From positions 41,478,001 to 41,542,000 of the forward strand of contig NC_043005.1 of the NCBI RefSeq assembly GCF_006345805.1: a DNA stretch of 64,000 nt, given 5' to 3'. Of this stretch, positions 1-10,994 are shown in pieces. The position numbers were made by a program, and so were the translations under genes. This DNA comes from Octopus sinensis. Taxonomy: Eukaryota. Below the pieces are notes generated by a model. That model saw only the letters and a list, made by a program, of their open reading frames with translations. It was not told the DNA's origin and did no database searches. Position 1 is the first letter of the stretch. The number at the start of each line of letters is the position of its first letter.

Positions 1-979
1 AAAACTTGCAACTAATATCGAAGATGATGATTTCCGGGTTGAGTTTGATGGCAAACGATGGACAGTGGAATACTTCTGGAAGGAAGAAGCCCCCCCCCCG
101 CCACCACCACCATGTTGAGAAACAGGGCGAGCTGCTATGAGCATACTTTGAAAGAAGATACTATGAACGAGCTCGAAAGAGAGGTGGTAAGATGGACAGA
201 GGATTAAAATATTAAAATACTGGGAAAGAAGAAGTGAAGAGTAGAGTGCTACCAATGATGGATGTAGTCCAGCCGACAGATTATAAATCCGACCAGAGGC
301 AAATTTTTGGTAGTTGAATGAGCCCGTGTCATGCGATATGGACGTTGAAATAGCGGATGGCTCTGGGGAAGCTTTGCGCGAATGGAGATAGATGATAGGA
401 GCGACTATGGTTGTCGATCTCAAGTTTACATGTCTGTTGCTCCACGTTGGTGAGAAATTATGGAAGGATCAATGGTGAGGTGCAAAGACAGAACAAACTA
501 TCAGGCTCGGCTGAGATTCGATTTGAATTCAAGACCAAACAATCACGGGGAAGGTTCTCAAGACGACCTTGGGGAAGATGGCCAAGGTGGAAAAGGTATT
601 AGTTTCTACATAGATGACAGTCTGGTAGATGAGAGTGGGTTGTCATCAGAAGAAACTGCGGGTTACCTAAGAAGGTTCAGATTGGTCGCGGGACAACCAG
701 AGGCTATTGAAGGAGGCATAGCGCTTGGGGCTCAAGCCTAAAAGAGATCAGGTGGGCAGGCTTGTGTTTTGGGGAGAAAATAAGATTCCACACCTGAACA
801 AGGACATGGATAGGCGAGAACTGTTCTTAATATGTGGGAAAAAGGTAGGATTAAGAGGTAAGCTGAAAGAGTGAGCTGGAAAGACAAAGCGAGGGAGAAT
901 ACAGCTGCCATGATGCAAGACATTCTGAAGAGAGTGAGAGCGGAGAACTCGGCGAAGGGCAGTTGGTATGTACACACAC

Positions 980-1032
<53 letters not shown>

Positions 1033-1510
1033 CACACACACAAAGGGGATTGTATGGTGTGATGTGAGTAGCATAACGATAAGGAGTCGTTCTGGAAATG
1101 GGAGGTGTTGAGGAGGAGGATGCAGCATAGTTCAGGAAGAAGGATAACTACAGCCACATTAGTGTGGTTGAACTGGATGTGTTGAGGGATGTGAACTTGG
1201 CGTTGAGATGAGGACTGCGTGCTGTCGTGATTCAATGTGCCTCTTATGGGAGTGGACTGGACCCGGTTTTGGGCCCGGAAAGTTGAAAGCCATGACAGGA
1301 GGTGAATCTCCCTCATTAGCGCACAGTTTTTCACCGTTTGTCGCCCAGAGTGGGACAAGCTAAAGAGTTGGTTCCACGAAGAGCTATGTTCAAGTACGAG
1401 TGGAGACACTCGAGCATTGTACCGCAGAATTTCGAAGATGAGGAAGGGTCTGCATCCATTCAGACAGAATATTTTGCCATAGCACTCTCTGAGAGAATGC
1501 ATTTCCCGCC
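1..1510 (+). mobile_element. Degenerate Ty3/Gypsy-type LTR retrotransposon pol remnant (RT - RNase H - start of integrase)
   Basis: ORF 460-741 contains FYIDD (YIDD at 607-618). Upstream frame reads VLPMMDVVQPT..., ~1045-1215 reads IVWCDVSS...EDAA..RKKDNYSHI (RNase H-like), ~1240 reads MGVDWTRFWARKV (integrase N-terminal-like). Many stops/frameshifts; interrupted by (CA)n at ~970-1041. Confidence 0.8.
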
Positions 1511-1639
1511 AGTGAAATACGTTTTTTTTTTAAATTTCAGAACATTTCCTTCCTTAGTAGTAGAGGTGGTGGGGAGAGACTTTTGTCAAAAAATATTGGT
1601 TTCAAAATTTCACACAATGCTAGCAATTTAGGGGAGGGG

Positions 1640-1808
1640 TAAGTCGATTACATCGACCCCAATGTTCAACTAGTACTTATTTAATCGGCCTGAGGGGATA
1701 AAAGACAAAGTCGACGTCGGCGGAATTTGAACTCAGAACGTAAAGACGGACGAAATGCCGCTAAGCATTTTGTCTGTCATACTAACGATTCTGCCGGCTT
1801 TCCGCCTT
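1640..1808 (-). mobile_element. tRNA-derived SINE, family A (degenerate)
   Basis: Reverse complement matches the young copy at 63478-63699 (GAGTTCAAATTCCGCCGA B-box region, GTCGAC..., GGGGTCGATGTAATCGAC). Confidence 0.8.
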
Positions 1809-2094
1809 CTTGTCAAGAAATAGTAACAGCCTAAAGTGAAAGGTAGCTTTTTAGTGTGGAATTATAAATGCTTAAAACGTGCAATATTATATAATAGCGA
1901 AAAATATTGAAGAAAAATAATCGTGACAGCTATACCGAAACACGAGCGGGGTAGGTGGTTAAGAAGTTTGAGAAACATGAATTGAAAAATAATTTTTTAA
2001 TGCAAATTACATGTCTTAGAATTTAGGATATCAAAAATTGACAAAAAATGCAAAAAAAAAAAAAAAAACTCAATAAATTCCATTTTATTCGTGA

Positions 2095-2525
2095 CAGCTA
2101 TTCTAAAAGCCAACCATTTTCTCTTTGTATTCTGTAGGCATTTTCTGAGCTTACGATATTCTTATTCGGGAACCTAAAACATTTCATTTCATGAAACAAA
2201 ACCATATGAATCAGTGTCTTTGAAATCAATCATTCCTTAAACAAGAATACTTCCAAATTATCATCTATGTAGTCATCACGTATAAATTTCTTTAGTCTAA
2301 TATCCTCTAAGCATGGTCATTTTGCTGGCAGTGTTCGAAGATTATACTTCTGTTTATTAACTTTCTTAAAATTCTTCTTCCTACTCCTCCACTGGCGAAT
2401 CAGCTTCCCAGTGGTTAGTAGTTTTAAGTTTCTCTCTACTTCCCTGTTTCCACGTTCTTCGGCATATTGCACTACTTCGAATTGAAGTGTGGTATTATAA
2501 TTCATGCCTCCTTGATACACCTGCC
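2095..2525 (-). mobile_element. pogo-like (Tc1/mariner superfamily) transposase N-terminal remnant
   Basis: ORF 2317-2520 (LQFEVVQYAEERGNREVER...KLIRQWR...) resembles the Brinker-type HTH and leads into a PAKWP-LE CENP-B HTH start; frameshifted afterwards. Confidence 0.6.
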
Positions 2526-2664
2526 ATAGATGAGGGAGCTAATTTGCAGGACTGGAAGTGGTTTGTGACTCCAGTAAAAGTCTGATGCAAATGAACCAAA
2601 TTCTAAACGTTCAAGATTTGAAGAAACAAATTCCTGTTCTTTGACACGAGAAACTAACCTTTCT

Positions 2665-2785
2665 TCCAGCTTTGCGTTCAGAGTTCAAATATCACCGGGG
2701 TCGGCTTTGCCTGTCATCCTTTTAGAGTTGATGAAATAAGTACTAGTTGAGCACTGGGGTCGATGTATTGCTGGCAGTGTGCCAA
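2665..2785 (+). mobile_element. SINE family A fragment
   Basis: GTTCAGAGTTCAAAT...GGGGTCGGCTTTGCC...GAGCACTGGGGTCGATGT matches the family A core. Confidence 0.65.
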
Positions 2786-4500
2786 TTTTTAGAAAACCCC
2801 TCTAAATTTCAGTTAGTGGTAAATAATTTTTTTTTCTTTACCATGTTCTATCATCGACTCTGACCTCAAAGCATACCGCAAAGACTCCCACTCAGGAAAA
2901 CCTCGAATCTCTCTCCTCTGGAGTTTTCAATACCATTTTTACCCTCCAACGACTAGCCATGTAGAAAAAGGAGGGAGAAAGATGGGCGGAGTGGGGGTAG
3001 GCCATCGAAGTTTCGCAGATCTACACCCTTCTCGCATTTGGTGTGAAATGAATTTTTCCATGGGGCTTTTCGTGTGTCATCAACGGTTCTTCCGTGTGTT
3101 ATTGACTTATCCGGACTCCAAACTTGCCGCCAAATACTTTCTTTTTCTATTGGTTTGAGGTTATATTCGTTGAAAACACACGAGAAAAAAAAATCCAAGG
3201 TAAAGCAATTTACGATGATGGTGGTGGTGGTGGTGGTGGTGGCGAGGGGGAGCCCAAGGTACTGTCTCATCTCCCTCCGTTTTCCGGTTAAAAAGTCCTT
3301 TGTAGCATGTTCAGAGGTCAGATCAGTTGATAGAACACGGAAAAAAGAAAAAGAATTATTTCTCACCGAAATCGATAAAGGGTGCTTTATAAATTTAACC
3401 AATATTAAACTAGCATTTATTTTATCACTATCTAAAAGGCATGAATCGATGTCAGCAGGATATAAAATCTAAAAGTGAAGCGATAGACTAATTATAGCCA
3501 GGAATTTTGTCCGACGTTTTATTGATTCTTTCACCAGTTATACAAATAAACTGCGTGTCTCATTGACAAATTACCACAAAATATAAGATTATAACAGAGG
3601 TAATCCATAAAATTGATTTCAGTTAGTGTATTGACGACGTCGTTAGGGCATCGATATATATTCCGGCTTCTTGCGTTTTGAGTTCAACTTGCCGAAGTCA
3701 ATTCTACCTCTCTTCTCTTTAGGGTTTAGACATAAAGTACCAGTTTTGGGCAGAATCGAAGAACGTTTCATAAGATGCCTTGCGGTATTTGATACGACTT
3801 TTTTCTTCTAATTTCAAGCCTCACTATAGACTATGTCGGTAGTAACCACTTAATCCGTCCTCTTGTTTAACACTCTCATCTAATCTGTGAGTGCCTTAAA
3901 CGGAGTCCAGTCTATTGCAAGCATTCGGGCTAGGTCTCCGGTTTAAAGGTCTGTAGCAGATTCGAAGCAGAATCGCTGGGTAGGCAAATAGACATCACGA
4001 CAAAGCCAACGCGGTTTCACATGATGGGTCGATTAAGCGACCAATCAGTGTCAAACAATCGTGGGATTCGACTTTCTAAAACGTTTTCATTGAGCCCTAT
4101 TTAAAGGTGGATTTTTGGCAGTAATCACAGAATGTTAAGACAGCCACTCGACGTCTCCATTCTCATTCACCACCAGCCAATGGCAGACGGAAAACAGAGA
4201 TTTTGTCGTCATGAATATCGTGCAATTATTTTCCAGTTGTGATGGACCTGCCACAGATTGCTATATCAGTTAACTTATTATAAATCCCAAGCAGTATGTC
4301 TGTCCCGGTATGTAGCTATTAGAGTTTGTATTTATAGAGTAGCAAGTATATATCAGTTTGCTTGTTTACCTTTAAATAGGCGTATGCCTTTAAATAGGCG
4401 TATATCTACACACAGCCCTAGAAATACATTTTCATTCAGTAGCAGGAAACTATAACTGTGACGGGTCCTATCTTCTCTCCTTCCATTCTCAGACATCCGG

Positions 4501-4720
4501 TACGAGGGGCTGTTGAAAAGTTTCCTGGCTTTGAGTAAAAGAATATACCTGAGGATCAGTTAATTATGATTTTATTCAACATAGTTCCCTCTCAGATTCA
4601 CACATTTACTGCAGCGGTCTTTCTGTTTTTTTCTAAGCCCTGTGAAAGAACTCGGAAGGTTGAGTCTCAAACCGGGCCTTTCGCGACACCCTTAAAGCAA
4701 GGAACTGGAAAAACTTCTGC
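4501..4720 (-). mobile_element. mariner 3' end with terminal inverted repeat
   Basis: TIR TACGAGGGGCTGTTGAAAAGTT at 4501; minus strand resembles a mariner transposase C-terminus (GLEKL-DRCSKCVNLRGNYVE-like). Confidence 0.65.
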
Positions 4721-4882
4721 CCGTCCCCCACCCCATTTTCTCCCAAATTTATTTATTTATTTTATTTTGTTTTTGCCAAAAACCTCCGTTTTCGGATACG
4801 GAGATTCTGGACAATTGCCAAAAATCGGCATTGTGAAATCCCCCCCCCCCCAATTCTTCAATTTTGACTTTTTTCTCCAACA

Positions 4883-5011
4883 CTAACCCTAACCCCAAAA
4901 CCTTTACCTTAACCCTAACCATAGCCCTAAAACCCTAACCCTAAAACCCTAACTCTAACCATAACCTTACAACCCTAAAACCCTAATTCTAACCCTAACC
5001 CTAACCCTAAC
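4883..5011. repeat. Interstitial degenerate telomere-like (CCCTAA)n tract
   Basis: About 20 imperfect CCCTAA/CCATAA/CCCTAAAA units ending in a perfect AACCCTAACCCTAACCCTAAC. Confidence 0.85.
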
Positions 5012-5186
5012 TACAGAAATGTTTTGAAATTTTTGTCCGAATCATAATGTCCGTATTTTCCCGCATATTTAGAAAAAAAAATTCTTAAAAAAAAAATTTT
5101 ACAGAAATTTTTGGAAATTTTTTTCCGAATCATAATCTCCTTATTTTCCCGCATATTTTGAGAAAAAAATTCTGAAAAAAAATTTA
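5012..5186. repeat. Two-copy ~89-bp tandem repeat
   Basis: ACAGAAAT..TCCGAATCATAAT..TATTTTCCCGCATATTT..GAAAAAAA..TTCT occurs at 5012-5100 and 5101-5186. Confidence 0.85.
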
Positions 5187-5706
5187 CAAAATAAAGGAAA
5201 TGGAGTGGGGTGATTTTGCGAAATTTTTGCAGATTCGGGATCCCAAATTCGTATTCCCCGCAGCCGAAAAGGGATGGGGTGTGTGTGTAAAAAAGAAATT
5301 AGAAAAAAAAGGGTGGTTTTTCGGGGGGCAGGTGGAAGTCTTGCCCAGGAATTTTCGGCACTTTTTTCGTAAAGGGGCCACAGTAACATTTTTTGAATTT
5401 TAGCAATAAAAAACAGATTGGTATTATTCAACTCGGGAACCTCTTCACATTTGTTCGACTTGCTGAGGACAGTAGCTAAATCTCTCTCTTATCAGGGCTG
5501 ACTTGAGTGATGTTTGACAACAACAACGCAAATTATAATTTGCTGTGGTTATGTTGCTATGTTGTTGTCAATCCCTATGTTAGCCCTGGTCGAACGCATC
5601 GATATTAAAAAGATTTCCTTTTAGTTGAATCTAGAACAGCTGTTATCCTATCTACCCTCCTTTTCAAAGAAAATAATGGGATTTGTGGGGAATTCGCCTG
5701 CTATTT

Positions 5707-5964
5707 CTAACAATCTCGCGACCACGTAGAGATTCCATTTTTGGAAAGTCTAATCCGCTGCTGCTGCTGCTGCTGCTGCTGCAGTTGTTGTTGCTGTTGG
5801 TGGTGTTGATGGTGAAGTAGTCGAGATGGTGACAAGACAACAGTAGAAATGAGCAATGGCGACGGCGGTAGACGTGAGGCGTTAGTGACTGTGTTGTTAT
5901 TGATGTTGTTTATTGTGGCGGTCGTCATGGTCGTGGACACGTTGTTAGTGTCAAGGTATGACAC
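5707..5964 (-). other. Candidate host-gene exon (low-complexity N/T/H/Q-rich, CAG tract); strand uncertain
   Basis: Unique non-TE sequence. Minus: MTTATINNINNN...HHQHHQQQQQLQQQQQQQQRIRLSKNG. Plus alternative: acceptor at 5728-5729 with CTAAC branch point, ATG 5849 hydrophobic peptide, donor AG|GTATGA at 5955/5956. Confidence 0.35.
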
Positions 5965-6044
5965 TAACTTTATAACGTTGTCATGGCTAGTGTTTATGCA
6001 TTATAGCCTTCTTTCTGTCTTCTTTTCTCTTTTTTCTGTACCAC

Positions 6045-6099
<55 letters not shown>

Positions 6100-6200
6100 T
6101 TTTTTTCTTTCTTTCTTTCTTTCTTTCTTTCCTTTCCTTTTTTCTTTCTTTCCTTCTTTCTTCCTTCTTCTTTTTTTTCTTTCTTTCTTTCTTTCCTTCT

Positions 6201-6232
<32 letters not shown>

Positions 6233-6308
6233 TTTCTTTCTTTCTTTCTTTCCTTCCTTCCTTCCTTCCTTCCTTCCTTCTTTCTTTCTTCTTCTTTCTT
6301 TCTTTCCT

Positions 6309-6361
<53 letters not shown>

Positions 6362-6386
6362 TTTTTTCTTTCTTTCTTTCTTTCCT

Positions 6387-6420
<34 letters not shown>
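6045..6420. repeat. (TTTC)n/(TTCC)n microsatellite
   Basis: Directly visible; explains ORFs 5849-6430 and 6001-6489. Confidence 0.97.
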
Positions 6421-6421
<1 letters not shown>

Positions 6422-6759
6422 CGACAGTGACGAGTCAGCGGAAGAAATCTAAGAGACAGACGATAAGAAACTGATAAAGCAAATTTCAAGTGACGGTGTA
6501 TTAAAAAGGGGTCGAATGAGAGAAAAGGAAAGAAGGCGAAAAAGGAGTAATAATAATAATGGTTTCATTTATTTGCTACAGGGCGAAGGATGTTGGGGAT
6601 TAGATGCTATGAAATGACATAAAAAAAAAAATAAGCAAAATAATGATATTGATAATAATAATAAATAATGATTTCTTTATTAACCACAAGGGTTTAAGAA
6701 AAACATTATGGACAGTACAGGACAAAACAAAAGAATATATGATGTGCATGTGAGTGTTG

Positions 6760-7470
6760 TGTTGTGTAATCCCAATAGGTAATTACACATTGCTCATGGA
6801 AAAACCCCATAAAAACCATGAGTACTCTGACTTATGGGGCAGGCGCCTTTTTCTTTTCCTTTTCTCCAACTACAGGCATATGCTCAGGGCAGGCCCGTTC
6901 ACTCTCACCGTTATCGCCACTTTCATCCACCTTTCTGCAAACTGGCTAGATGACAACACTTCCCTCTCTGCCCTTATTTTCCTTTTTTAAGTGAAACTTG
7001 AAGTTGATTAGGGATTGGTCAAAGAGAAAAGTGTTTGTCTTCAGCTCTTCAATCTTGTCCACCATGGCCACCAGGCATATAGACACAGCCTTTCCTTCCC
7101 AGTTAAAGGAAGGTGGCGGGGCGATCTTCATGATGGATTCAGTTGACAGCTAGATCCATCCTACACGTGACAGCAGTTGTTTGACATAAACCCATAGGTC
7201 AACAATGCTCAGGCACTGGATGTGTGCATGCAGGACTGTCTTGTCCGGCGCACATCTTAGACATGCTCAGCTTATGGCACTTCTGTGCCTGTAAAGTTTA
7301 TCTTGAACAAGCAAAGTTCCCCAGTATCACTGTCAGGCCAGAGATTTTTGGAAATTATCTATCAGTCCCAGGCTGAAAGTTCTCTGGAAAAGAGTGGCTA
7401 GTTGATCTTTTTCAATACTTAAGATCTCCTCTAGAACATCGTTGCACTCTCCCTCCACTAATCCTCTATA
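6760..7470 (-). mobile_element. L1/Tx1-like LINE, 3' end of ORF2 and 3' UTR
   Basis: Minus strand: ACLRCAPDKTVLHAHIQC (CCHC knuckle) followed by LSIVDLWVYVKQLLSRVG and ESIMKIAPPPSFNWEGKAVSICLVAM...NFKFHLK. Confidence 0.7.
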
Positions 7471-7629
7471 AAAAGCTAAAGTGGACAATAATTAATGACA
7501 ATAATAATTCTTTAATTCTTTCTTTATTGACCACAAAAGGTTTGCATTCAGAAAATGATTTCTTGTATTTGCCACGTACAATACAAGGACAAACATCAAG
7601 TGTTGGGGTTTACATATTATGAAATGAGA

Positions 7630-7731
<102 letters not shown>

Positions 7732-7860
7732 AACCATTGTCATACAGGTAACTCTTTTCCAATGTTCAGATGGTTTACAGTCCTCCATGTCAGCTAACTT
7801 TTTCTCAACTACAACTTGAATCTATTTACTCTCCAAAACTGTTGACTGTACATCAAAACA

Positions 7861-8058
7861 TTAGCCCTTTAGCATTGAAACCGGCCATATCTGGCCCAAG
7901 TATACCAGCCTCTCACACCTACCCGAAGTCGTCATTGTAAAAATAAACAATCATATCATTGAAATCTCAAAGCTACAAGATAATTCATGATTCATTCAAA
8001 ACAATGTAAAGAATTAAACATTACATTTGATTGAATAATCTGAATGTTAAAAGGTTAA
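7861..8058. mobile_element. piggyBac-like MITE
   Basis: Left TTAG-CCCTTTAGCATT, right AATGTTAAAAGG-TTAA: imperfect CC(C)TTT-A-CATT TIRs with TTAA-like target site. Confidence 0.6.
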
Positions 8059-8112
8059 GCTGTTCCTGAAAAAATGGGCATATAACATTTGCCAAATTTA
8101 GCCAGAACACCT

Positions 8113-8361
8113 TGTGTGGTAGTGAGGTAAGAAACTTGCTTCCTAATCACATGGTTCTGGGTTCAGTCCCATAGTGTGCAACCTTGGGCAAGTGTCTTCT
8201 ACTATTGCCTCCGGCCAACCAAAACCTTGTGACTGAGTTTGGTAGATGGAAACTAAAAGAAGTTTGTCATATATAACCACAAATATATATATACACGTAT
8301 GTATATAGATATATATATATATATATAATATATATATATATAGATATATATATATATATAT

Positions 8362-8418
<57 letters not shown>

Positions 8419-8671
8419 GTGTGTGTGTGTGTGTGTGTGTATCTATGTGTATGTATGTTTATATCTGTGTTTGTCCCCTCCACCACTTGACAACTGGTAT
8501 TGGTGTCTTTATCATACCACAACTTAGTGATTCAACAAAAAATAAATGATAGAATAAATACCAGATTAAAAAAAAAAATCCTGAGGTTGATTTGTTCAAC
8601 TAAAACCCTTCAAGGCTGTACTCCAGCATGGCCACAGTCAAATAACTGAAACAAGTAAAAGATAAAAGATA
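8113..8671 (+). mobile_element. tRNA/CORE-like SINE, family B, with expanded internal microsatellite
   Basis: GGTTCAGTCCC B box, ACCTTGGGCAAGTGTCTTCTACTAT core, tail CTCCAGCATGGCCACAGTC...GAAACAAGTAAAAGATAAAAGA. Confidence 0.85.
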
Positions 8672-8682
8672 TAATACACACG

Positions 8683-8715
<33 letters not shown>

Positions 8716-8929
8716 GTATGTATTTGTGTGAGTGTGTGTCTTTGTGTATGTGTGTGTCTATGTATGTTTGTATATATTTATACTCTCTCACACAAACCCG
8801 TTGCTGGGATTGTTAGACATGTTCAAACACCTCCTACTTCAGCTCAATCCGTATCTTATTTACATTTTATTCTTTTTAATAATTTGTGTTTTTGTAAATT
8901 AGTAGAGTAATGGCATATCAATTGTAGTA

Positions 8930-10455
8930 GTCAAGAATAACCCCAGTCAGAATCTTGGCTAGGACTGGGAGGGTGGTGGTAGCAGCTAGAAGGGAAGCTA
9001 GGAAGCAGGTATATTTAGTCAGGGGTAAAGCAGAGAAGAAGTTTGCCAATGTTCTTAAGCGTGAGGATCGGTGTCTTGAAGTGTTTCAGTTTGCAAGATA
9101 GCGTGCCAGGGAAAATTGTGATGTTGTGGGAGAGAAGCATGTTTGCATGGATGATGGTTCACTTGCAGTTAGGGACTCTGCAAAGAAAGAGGCCTGGAAG
9201 TGCCACTATGAAAGGTTACTAAATGTAGAGAATGAATTGGAGAAAGAGAGTCTGCTCAATGTTGGTCCAACAGAAGGACCGGTAATCTGAATAGGCAGCA
9301 GCATTGTAGACAAAGCCAGGAAGGATATGAAGATGGGGAAAGCCCCTGGCCCATCAGAAGTAACTGCTGAGATGTTTAAGATATCTGATGGTGTGGGTTA
9401 TGGTCTAGTCACCCATATAGTTAAGCAGGCGGTACATGAAGGAGTCATACCCAATGACTAGTGTAGCAGCAACATAGTCAACGTAAAGGTAATGCCTGAG
9501 ATAGAAATAATTACAGAGGTATAAAACCGTTGGATCAGGTGATGAAAGTTGTGAAGAGGGTCATAGCCCAACTAACTAAGGAGACAGTTAGTCTAGATGA
9601 GATGCATTTTGGTTTTGTGCCAGGCAGAAGCACCATTGATGCTATTTTTCTGGTAAGGCAGATGCAGGAGAAATACCCAGCCATGAATAAACCTCTGTAC
9701 TTGACTTTTGTTGACAGGGTTCTCCGATCCCTTATCTGGTGGTTAATGCAAAAGCTAGGTATAGACGATTGGTTGGTGAGAGCTGTACAAGCTATGTACA
9801 GGTACGCTGTGAGTAAGGTGAGGGTTGGCAATGAGTATTGCAATGAACTCAGGGTGCAAGTGGGAGTTCACCTAAGCTCAGTCCTCTTGTTTCTCATAAT
9901 TCTCTGGGCAATAACAGAGGAATTTAAGACAGGTTGCTTCTGGGAGAGCTCCTCTATGCTAATGACCTTCTTCTTATAGCTGAATCACAACCAGAACTAG
10001 AGAATAAATTTCAGATGTAGAAACAAAGCCTAGAATCGAAAGGCCTTAGAGTTAACATAGCAAAAGCCAAAGTCTTAATAAGTAGGAAAGTAAACAAATC
10101 ACAAATCCCTTCAAGTAGTTGGCCCTGCTGGCGCCCATGCTGGTGGCACATAATAAGCACCTTTCAAGCATTGGGCCTCATTGAGGCATTGTGGCTGATG
10201 TCCAGTGTCACGTAACTAGTACCTGTGCCGGTGGCATGTAAAAAACACATTTTAAGCATTGGGCCTCATGGAGGAAATCACGAAGAACTGAAACCTTTTG
10301 CAATATGTCATGCTTGAGAAGAAGACCCATCAAGTCAAGTGAAATTGTAGTCATGTCAGATACTGATGTCATACAACTGGCACCTATGCTGGTGGCACAT
10401 AAAAGCACCCATTACACTCTTGGAGTTTTTTGGCATTAGGATGGGCATCCAACCA
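8930..10455 (+). mobile_element. RTE-clade LINE remnant (reverse transcriptase region plus 3' tail)
   Basis: ORF 9530-9979 (QVMKVVKRVI...MHFGFVPGRSTIDAIFLVRQMQEKY...VGVH..S.L..F) is non-LTR RT; GKAPGP motif ~9337; ADDL-like motif degenerate ~9955; 3' tail GGCATTAGGATGGGCATCC. Confidence 0.88.
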
Positions 10456-10489
10456 AATACAAATATGAAATGCATTTATGTATAAATGA

Positions 10490-10740
10490 AGGCATGGCTG
10501 TATTGTTAATAAGTTCACATTATAGCCATGTGGTTTCAGGTTCAGTGCCACCGTGAGGCACCTAGGGTAAGCGTCTCCTACTATAGCTCTTGTGCCTTGC
10601 AAGTAAATTTGGTAGATTGTATATATATATGTATATGTGTGTATGTGTGTATATGTGTGTGTGTGTGTGTGCGTGTGTGTGTGTGTGTGTGCATGTGTGC
10701 ATGTATGTGTGTGTGTGTGTTATATATGTATGCGTGTGTG
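10490..10740 (+). mobile_element. SINE family B, 5' part
   Basis: CATGTGGTTTCAGGTTCAGTGCC...TAAGCGTCTCCTACTATAGC followed by microsatellite. Confidence 0.7.
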
Positions 10741-10744
10741 TGTG

Positions 10745-10935
10745 TTCGAAATGCTGAGTAGATAAAACAGGGGACAACTGATGAAGGGTTTGTTCTTTAT
10801 GTTGCCTGTCTCGTTTCTTTTTGTTTCTTTCGTTGTTCGGAAAAGTTCGTTTTCCATGTTTTTGTTTTTTTTATGTTCCCGTTTTTCATTTTGTTCACGT
10901 GTTTTGACGTCCTGTACCCATATATGCATGTATAT
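10745..10935 (+). repeat. Interspersed repeat (probably PLE-derived); inverse-orientation copy at ~21400-21575
   Basis: AGGGGACAACTGATGAAGGG...GTCCTGTACCCATATATGCATGTATAT matches the reverse complement of 21400-21560. Confidence 0.55.
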
Positions 10936-10940
10936 CTATA

Positions 10941-10981
<41 letters not shown>

Positions 10982-10994
10982 TATATAACAGAAA

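Noticed and set aside
1921-2101. 13-bp direct repeat TCGTGACAGCTAT flanking ~155 bp
   Set aside because: Possibly an old TSD, but the enclosed sequence is unclassifiable AT-rich DNA.
4090-4410. CCTATTTAAAGG motifs in inverted orientation, with CCAAT boxes nearby
   Set aside because: May be a decayed MITE or a promoter; 12-bp AT-rich matches are too weak to call.
10745-10800. CTGATGA in the 10745/21540 repeat family
   Set aside because: No GAAA after a stem II and no cleavage-site or stem I geometry in either copy.
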